A stretch of DNA of 64,000 nt from Octopus sinensis (lineage: Eukaryota): positions 53,754,001 through 53,818,000 of the forward strand of contig NC_043004.1 of the NCBI RefSeq assembly GCF_006345805.1, given 5' to 3'. The notes beneath the pieces are model-generated. The model was not told where the DNA came from and made no database searches. It saw only the letters and a program-made list of their open reading frames with translations. The translations under genes and the position numbers were made by a program. Below, one piece after another: positions 27,902 to 39,439 of this stretch. Numbering within the stretch: position 1 is the stretch's first letter; each line of letters opens with the position of its first letter.

Positions 27902-28212
27902 AGTAGGTGAATGATTATCCTATGTTTATCGTCAGCTACCTATTTTTACTTCCTCCTTCTACCCATTTTTGACGTCAATGCTTATAACGGATTTAAAAAA
28001 AAACACTCATTATCGCTGTGATCACCATGTAGGCAATCATCGAAATTTTTGTTCGTCTTGTGGTTGAGAGAGGCTCCTTACCTTTCCTGATGAGAAGATT
28101 GCATAATGTACCTTTTATTCCTTCGGAATAAAATATGCTGTCTTCGAAACATATGTCGAGAGTAAAGGAAATTTGTTACATCTTTGTTCGACTCCATTCT
28201 TTCATTTCATTC
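27898..28212 (+). mobile_element. Solo ~315-bp HHR-containing element between (TA)n tracts (PLE terminal repeat or retrozyme-like)
   Basis: Unique sequence island bounded by (TA)n on both sides and containing the intact HHR listed next. Confidence 0.65.
28075..28169 (+). ncRNA. Type I hammerhead ribozyme, canonical core (family G)
   Basis: Stem I CTTTC/GAGAG; CTGATGA 28087-28093; stem II GAAGA/TCTTC extended by GCATA/TATGC and a TTTTATTC/GAATAAAA hairpin; GAAA 28146-28149; palindromic stem III ACATATGT; GUC triplet, predicted cleavage after 28157. Confidence 0.9.
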
Positions 28213-28220
28213 ATATATAT

Positions 28221-28298
<78 letters not shown>

Positions 28299-28327
28299 TA
28301 TATATATATATGTATGTATGTATATAT

Positions 28328-28373
<46 letters not shown>

Positions 28374-28884
28374 GTGTGTATGTATACACACTCTCATGCA
28401 CTACATGCCATGCCTATATAAATATGTGCGTGGGTGTGTGTAGGCGGGATTTTGTGTTGACCTTCCATTGTAACTAGTTAAAAGATCTTATAAATGAGAT
28501 ATGTCATGCATTAATGTGGAAAATTGCGTCACAGTTGGAAATATCTGATGCCCTGTGAAGGTAGGTATTCCTACATCTTTCCAACTGTTGAACATCAAGA
28601 AACCACTAAGATCGGTTTGTTAAGTGCAACATTCAATGTATGCCATTGATGACCATCATAAAGAGAAATTATTTTGCAAACTCCAGTTGAAATTAATAGA
28701 TCGAAAATGTCAAGTCTATGGTTTAGAAACAAACACGTGAAATGATAAACATTTGAAATTTAAAGACTAAATGATATTCACAATTACGTTATATTCCCAA
28801 TGAAGCATCTCGTCACCGTTATTAATATAATCTATGTTCGTAATAAATGCTTGTCAGGCATTTTGTCCATTCCTATAAAGTCAG

Positions 28885-28904
<20 letters not shown>

Positions 28905-28922
<18 letters not shown>

Positions 28923-29575
28923 CATACATACATACCTACATACATACATACATAGTGTGAGAAAGAGAGAGAGGCAAAGAGAGACAGAGAGACAGGCAGA
29001 GAGACAGAGGAAGAAGAGAAGAATAAGAAGAGAAGAAGAGAAGAAAAAGAAGAAGAAAAAGAAGAAGACGAGAAGAAAAAAGAAAAGAAGAAGAAAAAGA
29101 AGAAGAAAAAGAAGAATAAGAAGAAGAAGTAGAAGAAATAAGTAAGAAGAAGAAGTAGAGAGAAAAGAAGAAGAGTAGAAAGAAATAGTAGTAGAAGAAG
29201 AAGGAGGAGTAGTAGATATTAGTAAGAAGAAGGAGTAGAAGAATAGTAGAAGAAGAGTAGAAGTAGAAGAAGAAGAAGAAGAAGAAGAAGAAGAAAAGGA
29301 AGAGGAAGAAGAAGAAGAAAAAGAAGAAGAAAGATAAGTAGAAGAAATAGTAGTAGAAGAGTAGAGGAGAATAAGTAGAAGAAGTAGAAGAATAGTAGTG
29401 AAGAAGAATAAAGAAGAGAAGAAGAAGAAGTAGAGGAAAAAAGAGTAAGAGAAGAAGAAGAGAAGAGAAGAGAGAGAAGAAGAAGAAGAAGAAGAAGAAG
29501 AAGAAAAGAAGTAGAAGAAGAAGAAGAAGAAGAAGAAGAAGAAGAAGAAGACAAAAAGAAGAAGAAGAAGAAGAG
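28905..29575. repeat. (GATA)n, (GA)n and long degenerate (GAA/GTA)n purine tract
   Basis: Direct; poly-R/K/L/S/F ORFs are artefacts. Confidence 0.95.
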
Positions 29576-30197
29576 ACATTTAAATGATTTTATGAAGGGA
29601 AAGATAATAGAGAGCATTTGTAATTCACTTGTTCCTATAAGTGCATATTATATTTAGTGTGTTTGTATTAGTCACGTGTGAGTATGCGCGCGTGTGTGTA
29701 TGTGTCTATCTGAAATGTTTCTGTGTGATCAAAACTATGAAGGTGACAGATGCTGGAGACGAACCTAAAACCCTTGAGACTTCAACGAATGATATTTATC
29801 AGCTTTTAAAAGTGCTACACGCAATTAATCGTACATGTGTAGAAAAACACAAGTGGTAATTACGTAAATTCTAACAGCGATTTCATACATTAATCACAGC
29901 TGATATTTTTAATTAAAATATCTGAGAGTACTTTAATTATTAATAAATCCCGTTTACTGGCAACAATTAATATTTCAAGATATTAATTTCAGTGGTTTCT
30001 CATCATGTAACAGATTGCTTGGCGTTGATGTGCTGCGGTATCGTGCGGTGTAGTGTGGCGAGGTGTACAACGATATGTTACAGGGCAGTCAGGTGTGAGG
30101 TGTTGCCGTGTCATGTAGTGTAGTGAGGTGTGAAATGTTGAGGTTCAGTGGGGTGTATTGATGTGATCAGAAGCGTAGTGTTGTATAATGCCGCATT

Positions 30198-30470
30198 GTG
30201 TGGCTGAATGGTTAGGGTATTCGTTAACGATCGTAAGGTCGAGAGTTCGTTTCCCAGGAGTGCCTTGTGATACTTTATCTCACGTTGCTCCAGTCCACTC
30301 AGCAGGCTAAAATACGTTGTACCTGTAATTCAACGGACCTGCCTTCTCGCATTCTGAGTTACGTTGAATCACCGTGTCAACTATTTTAAGGCTACCCGTG
30401 TCTATGGAGGGCTCAGCAGCCACTTGTACATTAATTTCACATGCATGCTCTTCCGTTGATTCCATCAGAT
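30198..30470 (+). mobile_element. tRNA-derived SINE (family 3-like)
   Basis: GTGTGGCTGAATGGTTAGG (A box)...GAGAGTTCGTTTCCC (B box)...TTTATCTCACGTTGCTCCAGTCCACTCAGC. Confidence 0.7.
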
Positions 30471-30513
30471 CAATTTGGACCCTTGTTCATAACCGACGGA
30501 GTTCCAGAGTGTA

Positions 30514-30540
<27 letters not shown>

Positions 30541-30553
<13 letters not shown>

Positions 30554-31051
30554 CTGTAGTTGTGTGAGTGTCTGTCCCCTTCGATTTAGATTCCTAACTA
30601 CTCCCACATTTTGCGGTGCAGTTTAACCAAATTCGGGTATCTTATAGTCGTGATTCATCTCGAGCCCTTCTGGGTATTAGCGCGCGACTACGATGAGTCT
30701 ACGATTTTAAAAATAATTTAACATCATTTTTTATTCCATTTTAATGCATAATTTTTCGTGTGTCGATGGCGGCGGAGTTGGCGTCCATGGTCACACCTGC
30801 ACCTGTTTGCTTCTCCCCCTTCTTCCCTCCCTCGTGAAGATATGGGGAAGGGAGTGTAAGGAAATCAACGTCGTAAAGCGTTGTCAAGGAGACCAGCGTT
30901 CTTTTAGAACAACGACTTCATGGCTTGAAGACACCAAAACAGAAATGGCTAAGAAAGCCCGAATTGGCATCTATAAGGGAAGTAACTCTCTAAAAATGCT
31001 TATATAGTTATTTCCCTTACAAACCCGAGCAACGCCGGGCGATACTGCTAG
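30541..31051 (+). mobile_element. Non-autonomous Helitron, long variant
   Basis: Same body as 21840 with a different ~235-bp internal segment (30750-30985); hairpin CCCGAGCAACGCCGGG then CTAG at 31048-31051. Confidence 0.85.
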
Positions 31052-31438
31052 TCTTTATATATAAAAGTGAAGTTGTGTGTCTGTCTCCTACGATTTAGAT
31101 TCCTAACTACTCCCACATTTTGCGGTGCAGTGTAACCAAAACCGGGTATCTTATAGTCGTGATACATATCGAGCCCTTCTGGGTATTAGCGCGCGTCTAC
31201 GATGAGTCTATGATTTAAAAAAAAATTTACCATCATTTTTTCCCATTTTTTCGCTATTATATAAGGGAAGTAACTCTCTAAAAATGTCTATGATGAGTCA
31301 ACGATTTAAAAAAAAATTTACCATAATTTTTTTCCATTTTTAATGCATGTTTTTGCTATTTTTTGGCGATAACTCTATAAAAATGCTTATATAGTTATTT
31401 CCCTTACAAACCCGAGCAACGCCGGGCGATACTGCTAG
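31052..31438 (+). mobile_element. Non-autonomous Helitron, short variant, head-to-tail with the previous copy
   Basis: Starts TC immediately after CTAG; ends with hairpin + CTAG|T. Confidence 0.9.
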
Positions 31439-31452
31439 TATATATATGTAAT

Positions 31453-31577
31453 GTTGCGTCTGGGGAGAGTCATTCTCTTTTTGTGCCTTATAAAATTTCC
31501 ACTTATTCCTTATTTTACCGGTGAGTATGTTAAATTATAAGGCACAAAAATAAAGGAAATGACTCCCCAGACGCAAC
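31453..31577. repeat. Short fold-back (about 41-bp imperfect arms), TA-flanked
   Basis: GTTGCGTCTGGGGAGAGTCATT..TTTTTGTGCCTTATAA / TTATAAGGCACAAAAA..AATGACTCCCCAGACGCAAC. Confidence 0.85.
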
Positions 31578-31668
31578 AGAATATATATATGGAGAGAGAG
31601 GGGGAGAGAGAGAGGGGGAGAGAGAGAGGGGGAGAGAGAGAAAGATATACAGACTGACAGCCCGACAA

Positions 31669-31723
<55 letters not shown>

Positions 31724-32113
31724 TGTTTCTTTATTAGCCACACAGGGCTGCACACATATAGAACAAATTACAAGGTAGAGCTTTTCTTTTGAAGGTAAAA
31801 AAAAAGGGGGGTGGTGTTCGATCAAAAGGGATCGTAAAAGGAGAGAAAGAGGACAAAAAAAGGGGGGGTTAAAAAAGGGGGAGAGGAAAAATTTGATCAA
31901 TAGGGATCGTTATCACAGAAATGTCAATATGAAGTGTAAAGGGGAGGACAGGTGAGGTTTGCCCGTGGAAAGAAAAGCCTACGGAAAAGACCACGGTAAC
32001 CTCGGTCAATGAAGTCACATGTAATATTTCTTTCTTTTATTTATTTTTTTTCAAATAAGCAACTCTCTGTATTAATTTTTATGGTTCATAGAAGCATAGT
32101 CAAGGTGGCTTCG

Positions 32114-33151
32114 TCATTCATACGTGCCATCTTTGCTACATTCACCATCTTTTTTAAAACATTCACTAGACAAAACTTGCCTCTCTACTCTCACTTTCCT
32201 ACTCAAGTGATACTTGAAGAAGTTGATGAGAGATTGACCAGAGAGGAAAGTGTTTGTCTCTAATCCTTTCAGGCGCGTCCATTCTTTCGCCATAGCCACA
32301 AGTATGATAAAAATAGCTCTTCCTTCCCGTTTGAAGGAAGGAGGCGTGACGATATTAACGATAGACTCGGCTGATAAACCGACACGTCCCACACGTGACA
32401 GCAGTCGTTCGACATAAGCCCACAGGTCGGAAATTGCTGGACACTGCACGATTGCGTGCAGAGCGGTTTCGTCTCTCTGCCCGCATCTCGGGCAGTTCGG
32501 CCCCGTGTTTCTCGAGCCATGCCTATAGAGCTTATCCCGAACGGGTAGCGCTTCTCGGTAGCACCGCCAGGCCAGGGATCTCTGGAAGTTGTCCATAGGT
32601 CCCGGGCCGAAAGTCGTTTGAAACAGGCGGGTCAGGTATTCCTCGTCGACGCCCAGGTTTGCCCCGAGATCGTCGTCGTACCTCCCCTCCACTAATCCCC
32701 TATAGAATGCTTTGGTTGTGTTGAAGTCACTCAAGGTCGACCCTGGACGGCAGAGTTGCTTGAGAGCAACGCGACACTCGCGGTGCCATTCGCCCTTCCT
32801 CGGCCTCTTTTTGATCCCCGACTGCAGTTCGGTCATGGAGACAAGTTGCGGCAAAGCGTGCCTCACAAACGGCGACCACACCTGTTCACCGTCGTCTACA
32901 TAGAGCCGGAGATATCGCAGTCTCAGAACGTGTCTGCGCATCATCAACCACGGCATGCCCAGCCCTCCTTTTAACGGGTGTTGACAGCAAATGGATCGCC
33001 TGACCATCGGGACGCATCCTTTCCACAAGAAGCGAAAGAGGATGCGTTCTAGTCTGGTGATGGTAGGGTCGGGACAAGGTACGATGGTCAGGCGATGTAC
33101 GCGTTCGCCACCTCCGCCCGACCTTTTAGGGACAGTTTTCTCCCGGCCCAT
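32114..33151 (-). pseudogene. Tx1-like ORF2 C-terminal part (post-RT region and zf-RVT-like CxxC...H...C)
   Basis: LFRFLWKG, LKGGLGMP, LPVRDKL, CPRCGQRDETALHAIVQCP; separated from the upstream ORF2 by a 19-nt deletion relative to copy 3. Confidence 0.9.
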
Positions 33152-35115
33152 TGCTGGGCGAGAGTGATCACCCTACTCGTTATCTCGTTCCAGTTCTTCT
33201 CCATTTGGAGGTCCGGACCGAACCAGACCCCGAGCAACTCAACCGGGCCGTCTGTCCAGCGTCCCACGACGGAGGTACTGATGGACGGCATGGGCTTGCT
33301 TCTCCAGGTGCCGAGCCGCAAGCCCACTGACTTTTCCCGGTTGATTTTTGCTCCTGTCACCGCTTCGTAATTTTTCAGTGTCTCGCCGACCCGCTCGATG
33401 TGCTCGTGGCTTGACACTATGACGGTGACGTCGTCCGCGTATGCAGACACGTTCGTCCCGCATCCCAATTCTCGCGGGATGCCCCTCAGAGTCGCCAGCT
33501 TCCGCAGTAGTGGCTCAAGAGTCAATACGTATAGAAGCGCCGAGAGGGGGCATCCCTGACGGATCGAACGTGCAATGTCGAAAGGTCTCGATAGATGTCC
33601 ATTCACGCGAATTACCGAACGGATGCCTCTGTACAAGGCAGCTATCCAGCCGCGGAAGACGGGACCGAAACCAGCCGCTCTCAGGACTGCCTCCAAGTAT
33701 CGATGGTCTACCCTATCGAAGGCTTTCGATTGATCCAAGTTGATCAGGGCCCCACCCATGCCAGGTTCGTTAACTACCCTGTCTATGATGTAGCGCATCA
33801 GATGGAGGTTGTCATGGATGCTCCGGCCCGGCACGGCGCACGTTTGTGCGTTGTCGACCAGTTTCTCGATGACAAGCGCCAACCTCTTGGCTAACACCTT
33901 TGTCAAAATTTTCAGGTCTGCATTGAGCAGAGTGATTGGTCTAAAGTTATCTATTATGTTTCCGTTGTTTGGATCTTTCTTCAGCAGTGTTACAGCTCCT
34001 CGACTCACAAAACCGGGTATGCTCCCGTTTTGCTGCCAGTTGCAGTATACCGCCGCCAAGACGTCTCCAAACAAGTCTGGCATACAATTGTAAAACTCGT
34101 AGGGCAGACCATCCAAACCCGGCGATTTTTCTCTCGAGCATTCTGCCATCGCGTCCTGCACATCCGCCGCCGTGATGGCACCTTCGCAGCACTCCGCCTC
34201 TCTTGCCGAGAGTCGTGGTAGGCTGGGCAGGTAGGCACTGAAATCCACCCTGCGTTCACGCTCACCACTCGTCCCATACAGTCGGGCAAAGTGCCGCTGA
34301 AATGTCTCGCACATCTTGCTGGGCTCGAGCAATTCGCGCCCTTGTTCATCTACCAGGGACCGAATGGTGGCTTTGTTGCCCTGCTGTGCCTCCGCCACCC
34401 GGGCCTCTCTCGCGGCTCCAACACCTTCGTTCCTTAGAGCACGCATCCTGACTGTATGGAATTGTGGACATCCTAAGTTATCCTTGTCTACTGTCCTACA
34501 CAGTATCCTATCTAGATACGATCTCGACGACCCACTGCGGTTGCTCCATGTCCACGTTGGTGCATTTGGGTGGTCGAGTCGGTACCTGTCAGACAGTTGG
34601 AATCGTCTGAGCAGGTCTCTGAGGCATTTGCATCCCCTTCTGTTTTTGTCTCTCCCCACATAGTCTGGATGCGTGTCCAAGGTAGCATTCCAATCCCCCA
34701 CTAAAAGTAAAGGACGAGACGTTCCCAGGAATACTTCTAGACGTCGAAAGAAATCCGGCCGACCTGTTAAAGGCGGTGCGTAGACTGATACGAGTCGTAA
34801 AGCGCACCCATTGCTGCCGTCGACATCCAGAATGACCAGTCTACCCTCCGGGTCTACGAATATCGTCTTGACTTCGAGATCCAGGCTCTTGTGAAAAAGT
34901 ACCGCGGTGCCACTACCGCCCATCCTCGGCAGACAGGGAGCAAAATAAATGTTGAACTGTCCGCCAAACATGGACTTTAGGGCCCGTGACTCGTGGAGTC
35001 TGGTCTCACTTATGGCTATGATTCCCAAATCGTGTGACTTGATGTCATTTAGGAGGTATCCTTGTTTCCAAGGAGACCCCAAGCCACGCGCATTCACACA
35101 ACCAATCTTGACCAT
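33088..35115 (-). CDS. Tx1-like ORF2 (AP endonuclease + reverse transcriptase), open but with an internal in-frame deletion
   Basis: KIGCVNARGL, IAISET, VGDWNA, SRSYLDRIL (APE); KSPGLDGLP, NFRPITLLNADLKIL, LDQSKAFDRV, IRQGCPLS, YADD (RT). Confidence 0.93.
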   Translation of the reverse strand: MVKIGCVNARGLGSPWKQGYLLNDIKSHDLGIIAISETRLHESRALKSMFGGQFNIYFAPCLPRMGGSGTAVLFHKSLDLEVKTIFVDPEGRLVILDVDGSNGCALRLVSVYAPPLTGRPDFFRRLEVFLGTSRPLLLVGDWNATLDTHPDYVGRDKNRRGCKCLRDLLRRFQLSDRYRLDHPNAPTWTWSNRSGSSRSYLDRILCRTVDKDNLGCPQFHTVRMRALRNEGVGAAREARVAEAQQGNKATIRSLVDEQGRELLEPSKMCETFQRHFARLYGTSGERERRVDFSAYLPSLPRLSAREAECCEGAITAADVQDAMAECSREKSPGLDGLPYEFYNCMPDLFGDVLAAVYCNWQQNGSIPGFVSRGAVTLLKKDPNNGNIIDNFRPITLLNADLKILTKVLAKRLALVIEKLVDNAQTCAVPGRSIHDNLHLMRYIIDRVVNEPGMGGALINLDQSKAFDRVDHRYLEAVLRAAGFGPVFRGWIAALYRGIRSVIRVNGHLSRPFDIARSIRQGCPLSALLYVLTLEPLLRKLATLRGIPRELGCGTNVSAYADDVTVIVSSHEHIERVGETLKNYEAVTGAKINREKSVGLRLGTWRSKPMPSISTSVVGRWTDGPVELLGVWFGPDLQMEKNWNEITSRVITLAQQWAGRKLSLKGRAEVANAYIA

Positions 35116-35165
35116 GATTCTATTGGGGTGTGTGCTTTAAAACACAAAAAGGAAAGTACAGAGAG

Positions 35166-36755
35166 TTACTTACTTGTGTCGAAAGTTTTTGCTTCCTCGT
35201 TCTTTGATGTGTCTTGGAGGAGGTTTTTATAAAGTTTTTGGGACAGATATTTTTGGAAACCCCCTACAGCATTTGGGAAGAGGGCTTTGAGTTTGTGGTG
35301 TTGTGTTTGTGTGATGTGTAGTATTTTGATGTGTTTGGGTGGTGTAGTGCGTGGATGGTTGTTCGTTTTGAAGTCATCTTCACAGATGTTTGTGTATCCT
35401 GTGATGTACTCCATTAGTTTGGAGTCTTTTGTGTCTATCGCTGATAGCATTGTGTGTGTTTTTGTGGTGTTGGTGCTTGTTTGGTTGTGTATGGAGCTTT
35501 CAGGGTTCAGGTATCTCCCTGCTTTGGTTGCGATTTCTTGTTTGGTTTTTCTCGATCTTTTTCTTTTAACCCCTGTGGCTATTTGCCATTCTGTCGAACT
35601 TTCATCGTTAGGTGAAAAGTCTGACGAATCAGCAGGGGGTAAGGGTAAAGCGTCTGGGTCTGTTTGTGCGGTGGTAGATATTGTTGTGGTGCGCGGGGAG
35701 GGTGTTGCTGGGGGGTTTGTTGTGGTTATTGTCTCTCCTACATCCTTGGTGCTTGTCTTCTTCGTTGTTATTCTTGGTGTTGGAATTGGTGTATTTGTTG
35801 TTGGTGGTGATGATTCTGTTCTTGGAGCTGGTGTTGGTGTTGTTTGGTTGGGTTGGCTTGTTCTTTGTTGTTTTTCATGCATTTCTGCATACAGCTTCTT
35901 GACTAGCTGTCCATATTGTGGTGTGGGCAATAATGCTGGCTTTTTTGATTTTTCCTGTGGCTGTTGTTGTTGTTGTAATTTAGCGGCAGATTTGCACTCC
36001 TTTTTGAGGTGTGCCTCACTGCCACATGTATAGCATCTTGGCCTTCTGCCCTCGACTACTTCGTATAACTTGCGGCCATCCTCAAGATGTACGTGGGTGG
36101 GAATTTTATTGATGTCCTCTTGACTTATGTGGAAGAGGAACTCCATTCTCTTTCCCAGCCAGTCCTTGTTTTTCGAAACACCGATATCTAGGATGTTTAA
36201 GTCCTCCATTTCGGATGTTAAGGCGGATGTTATCCACAGTGTTGTAGTTACTTGGGGGACACCACTGATAATGACCTTCGTCACCTTCTGCCCAAGGTAA
36301 CTCGGTGTCATCGTTAATTCATCAGAATGAAGGGTTATCGTTGAGAATTTCTTCGCCAACTCTTCATTCTGAAAAACCACCTGTACGTGGGCGAACTTGT
36401 TCGCCCAAGTCACATAATCCTTGTATCCCCAGATGGGGCGTAGGCACTTTTCTATTTTGTCTGTGCCTGCCTTTTCTGGACTTTTAGTTTTTTTATTTGT
36501 TATTTTATATACAATTGTCTTCTTTTTTTCCTCATTCAGTATGTGTTGAGGTATGTGTAAGAGTATTTTGCCGTTTTCGTTTGTAATAAGGTTTCTGCAA
36601 TCTTTTATTTGTTGTGTAGTAAACGAAACTGTAGTTACTTTTTCTTTTATCGCCTCGGCGAAGTTTGTTGTTGTTTTGTTATTGTTGTTACTGCCGGTGG
36701 TGTTGGTGTTGATGGCAGGGGTGTGGTTGTAGGTTTGTGGTTTGTGATTATGCAA
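35166..36755 (-). CDS. Tx1-like ORF1 main part (RRM-like region, CCHC zinc knuckle, low-complexity tail)
   Basis: RPRCYTCGSEAHLKKEC (CX2CX4HX4C); lies directly upstream of ORF2. Confidence 0.85.
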   Translation of the reverse strand: MHNHKPQTYNHTPAINTNTTGSNNNNKTTTNFAEAIKEKVTTVSFTTQQIKDCRNLITNENGKILLHIPQHILNEEKKKTIVYKITNKKTKSPEKAGTDKIEKCLRPIWGYKDYVTWANKFAHVQVVFQNEELAKKFSTITLHSDELTMTPSYLGQKVTKVIISGVPQVTTTLWITSALTSEMEDLNILDIGVSKNKDWLGKRMEFLFHISQEDINKIPTHVHLEDGRKLYEVVEGRRPRCYTCGSEAHLKKECKSAAKLQQQQQPQEKSKKPALLPTPQYGQLVKKLYAEMHEKQQRTSQPNQTTPTPAPRTESSPPTTNTPIPTPRITTKKTSTKDVGETITTTNPPATPSPRTTTISTTAQTDPDALPLPPADSSDFSPNDESSTEWQIATGVKRKRSRKTKQEIATKAGRYLNPESSIHNQTSTNTTKTHTMLSAIDTKDSKLMEYITGYTNICEDDFKTNNHPRTTPPKHIKILHITQTQHHKLKALFPNAVGGFQKYLSQKLYKNLLQDTSKNEEAKTFDTSK

Positions 36756-36881
36756 CTAGCAAGGGGTGGAAAATTGTCTGCGTAATTTAGTCCTGCATTA
36801 GCGCAAATTTCGGCATTTCGTTTGCTTGTCGTTGTTATTTTTTCACTTGTTGGTGATGAAGTGAGCAGTGGTTGAAGGGAA

Positions 36882-36913
<32 letters not shown>

Positions 36914-37279
36914 GTTTGTTTTGTCGTTCTTAGTGACGGCGGTGGTGTTAGCGGTATTAGTAGCGTTGACGGCACGGTCTTTGGTGGCGGTGATGGTGAT
37001 GTTGGTATTGTTATTGGTGGCGATGTCTTTAGCAGGGATAGCAGTTCTAGTAGCAGATGCTGCCATGGTGTTGTTGTCGGTGTTGGTGGTGGACTCACTG
37101 ATGGTGTTGACGGTGCTTGGCCTTGCGACCTTTGTTTTGTATTTGTTGCTGTTGTCGATGTTGATGGTGGTGGTGGTGGTGTTGTTGTCAGGTTCAGCGT
37201 ATGCTAACAGAGCATCCTGTTTTTTTGTCTCTGCGTCACGCTTGACTTGCACCTCAGCCTCGTGGTGACCAGTGGCCAT
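36647..37279 (-). CDS. Tx1-like ORF1 N-terminal T/N-rich segment, frameshifted from the main ORF1
   Basis: ATG at 37279 after a ~200-bp 5' UTR; overlaps the main ORF1 in a different frame; includes NYADNFPPL. Confidence 0.6.
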
Positions 37280-37499
37280 TTTTCAAAATAAAGTGGCTAA
37301 ATGAAACCACGAAGGCTATGAGAATTTTTTTTTTAATTTTGCCCACAAGGGGCAAAATTTTGTGTAGATATTTATCAAAGGTTTGCAGTGGATGTTGTTG
37401 CACAACTTTTAAACACAAAATATTTGTCAATATACACTTTTGAACGTACAAAAATACCAACTTACGTGGAGCCCATTTTACTTGCGTCTATCTGTCCAG

Positions 37500-37780
<281 letters not shown>

Positions 37781-38131
37781 TATTTCTTTATTAGCCACAC
37801 AGGGCTGCACACAGATAGAACAAATTACAAGGTAGAGCTTTTCTTTTGGGGGTAAAAAAAAAGGGAGTGGTGGTTTTCGATCAAAAGGGATCGTAAAAGG
37901 AAAGAGGACAAAAAAGGGAGGGGTTAAAAAAAAGTGGGGGGAGAGCAAAAAAAAATGAATAATAGGGATCGTTATCACAGAAATGTCAATATGAAGTGTA
38001 AAGGGGAGGACAGGTGAGGTTTACCCGTGGAAAGAAAAGCCTACGGAAAAGACCACGGTAACCTCGGTCAATGAAGTCACATGTTATATTTCATCTTTTT
38101 TTTTTGCAAATAAGCAACTCTCTGTATTAAT
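37781..38131 (-). mobile_element. Tx1-like copy 2, 5'-truncated (3' UTR only)
   Basis: Highly similar to 31722-32075; (GATA)n on both sides. Confidence 0.93.
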
Positions 38132-38340
38132 ATAGATAGATAGATAGCAGGACGATTGAAAATGCTCACGTGGGAATTTGACATTAAATGTTAATCGAAC
38201 GTTTCAAAATAATTTTGGTTTATTTTCATATTTGAAGTCAGTTCCATAACCACTTTGTTCTATATACGCGTCCCTTTATTAACCTTTATATGTTTCTTGA
38301 CAATATTATTTGTAAATAATATATATATATAATATATATA

Positions 38341-38740
38341 GGCGCAGGGGTGGCTGTGTGGTAAGTAGCTTGTTTACCAACCACATGGTCCCGGGTTCAG
38401 TCACACTGCGTGGCACCTTGGGCAAGTGTCTTCTACTATAGCCTCGGGCCGACCAAAGCCTTGTGAGTGGATTTGATAGACGGAAACTGAAAGAAGCCCG
38501 TCGTATATATGTATATATATGCATGTGTGTGTTTGTGTCTGTGTCTGTCCCCCTAGCATTGCTTGACAACCGATGCTGGTGTGTTTATGTCCCCGTTACT
38601 TAGCGGTTCGCCAAAAAGAGACCGATTGAATAAGTACTGGGCTTACAAAAAGAATAAGTCCCGGGGTGGAGTTGCTCGATTAAAGGCGGTGCTCCAGCAT
38701 GGCCGCAGTCAAATGACTGAAACAAGTAAAAGAAAAGAAT
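38341..38740 (+). mobile_element. tRNA-derived SINE (family 1)
   Basis: Homologous to 20527-20946. Confidence 0.92.
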
Positions 38741-39439
38741 CGATTTAGCTGTACTTCTCACAGTTTTCTAAAAACAAATATGTATGTATGTAGGCAGTTA
38801 CACACGCACACACATACATACACACACGCATACAGACACACTGAAACAAAAGCGCATGCACACACATACATATATAATTATGTATATATGTATGTTTATG
38901 CATAAATACATGTAGGAAACCTATATTTAAAATATTATATATGTAACCTGACTTATTTTCATTTCAAGCTGCAAATAGTTTCTCCTCTATTTTTTTCTTA
39001 CAAAAGATCATACTATTCAGAAAAAAAGATATATCACATTTGTTAGAATTCTTTGCTGTAGGTAGAAAATAGAGATTATATTCTCGCTGTATCTTACAAA
39101 ATAGCTGAAATGTCATTAATACGTAAAATGCACCTTTCATTCCATGATTCAGTAGGTTTCGACAAATACCGAGGATTTGCCATTTTTTAGCCACGCAAAC
39201 ATACTGTGTTTATTATCCCTATTTCACACGGAAATTAAATTAAAATCAATATAGCATTTTCTGTTGTAAGATTCTAGCGTACATATGTCGCATTATCTTT
39301 TCATGAAAAGCATCGATTTCTCTCCAAACAAAAACACACATACACACGCATATATATATTTACATTTATTGCAGCGATCCTTCAGTTTTTCTAAGCTGAG
39401 CCTCCAACCAAACCTTTTGCGATATTCTTAAAACCAGGA

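Larger units (their letters stand above)
31722..37490 (-). mobile_element. Near full-length L1-clade (Tx1-like) non-LTR retrotransposon, copy 1
   Basis: ORF1 with CCHC knuckle, ORF2 with APE + RT + C-terminal zinc finger, AATAAA 8 nt before a (TCTA)n tail; (GATA)n on both flanks. Confidence 0.95.

Noticed and set aside
27900-27950. CTGACGA on the minus strand
   Set aside because: No GAAA/stem III follows before the (TA)n tract
28881-29617. Long R/K- or L/S/F-rich ORFs
   Set aside because: Products of the (GAA)n purine tract
36647-36755. Programmed -1 frameshift between the two ORF1 segments
   Set aside because: No clear slippery heptamer or downstream structure; a simple indel in a decaying copy is more parsimonious, and copy 3 is truncated before this point
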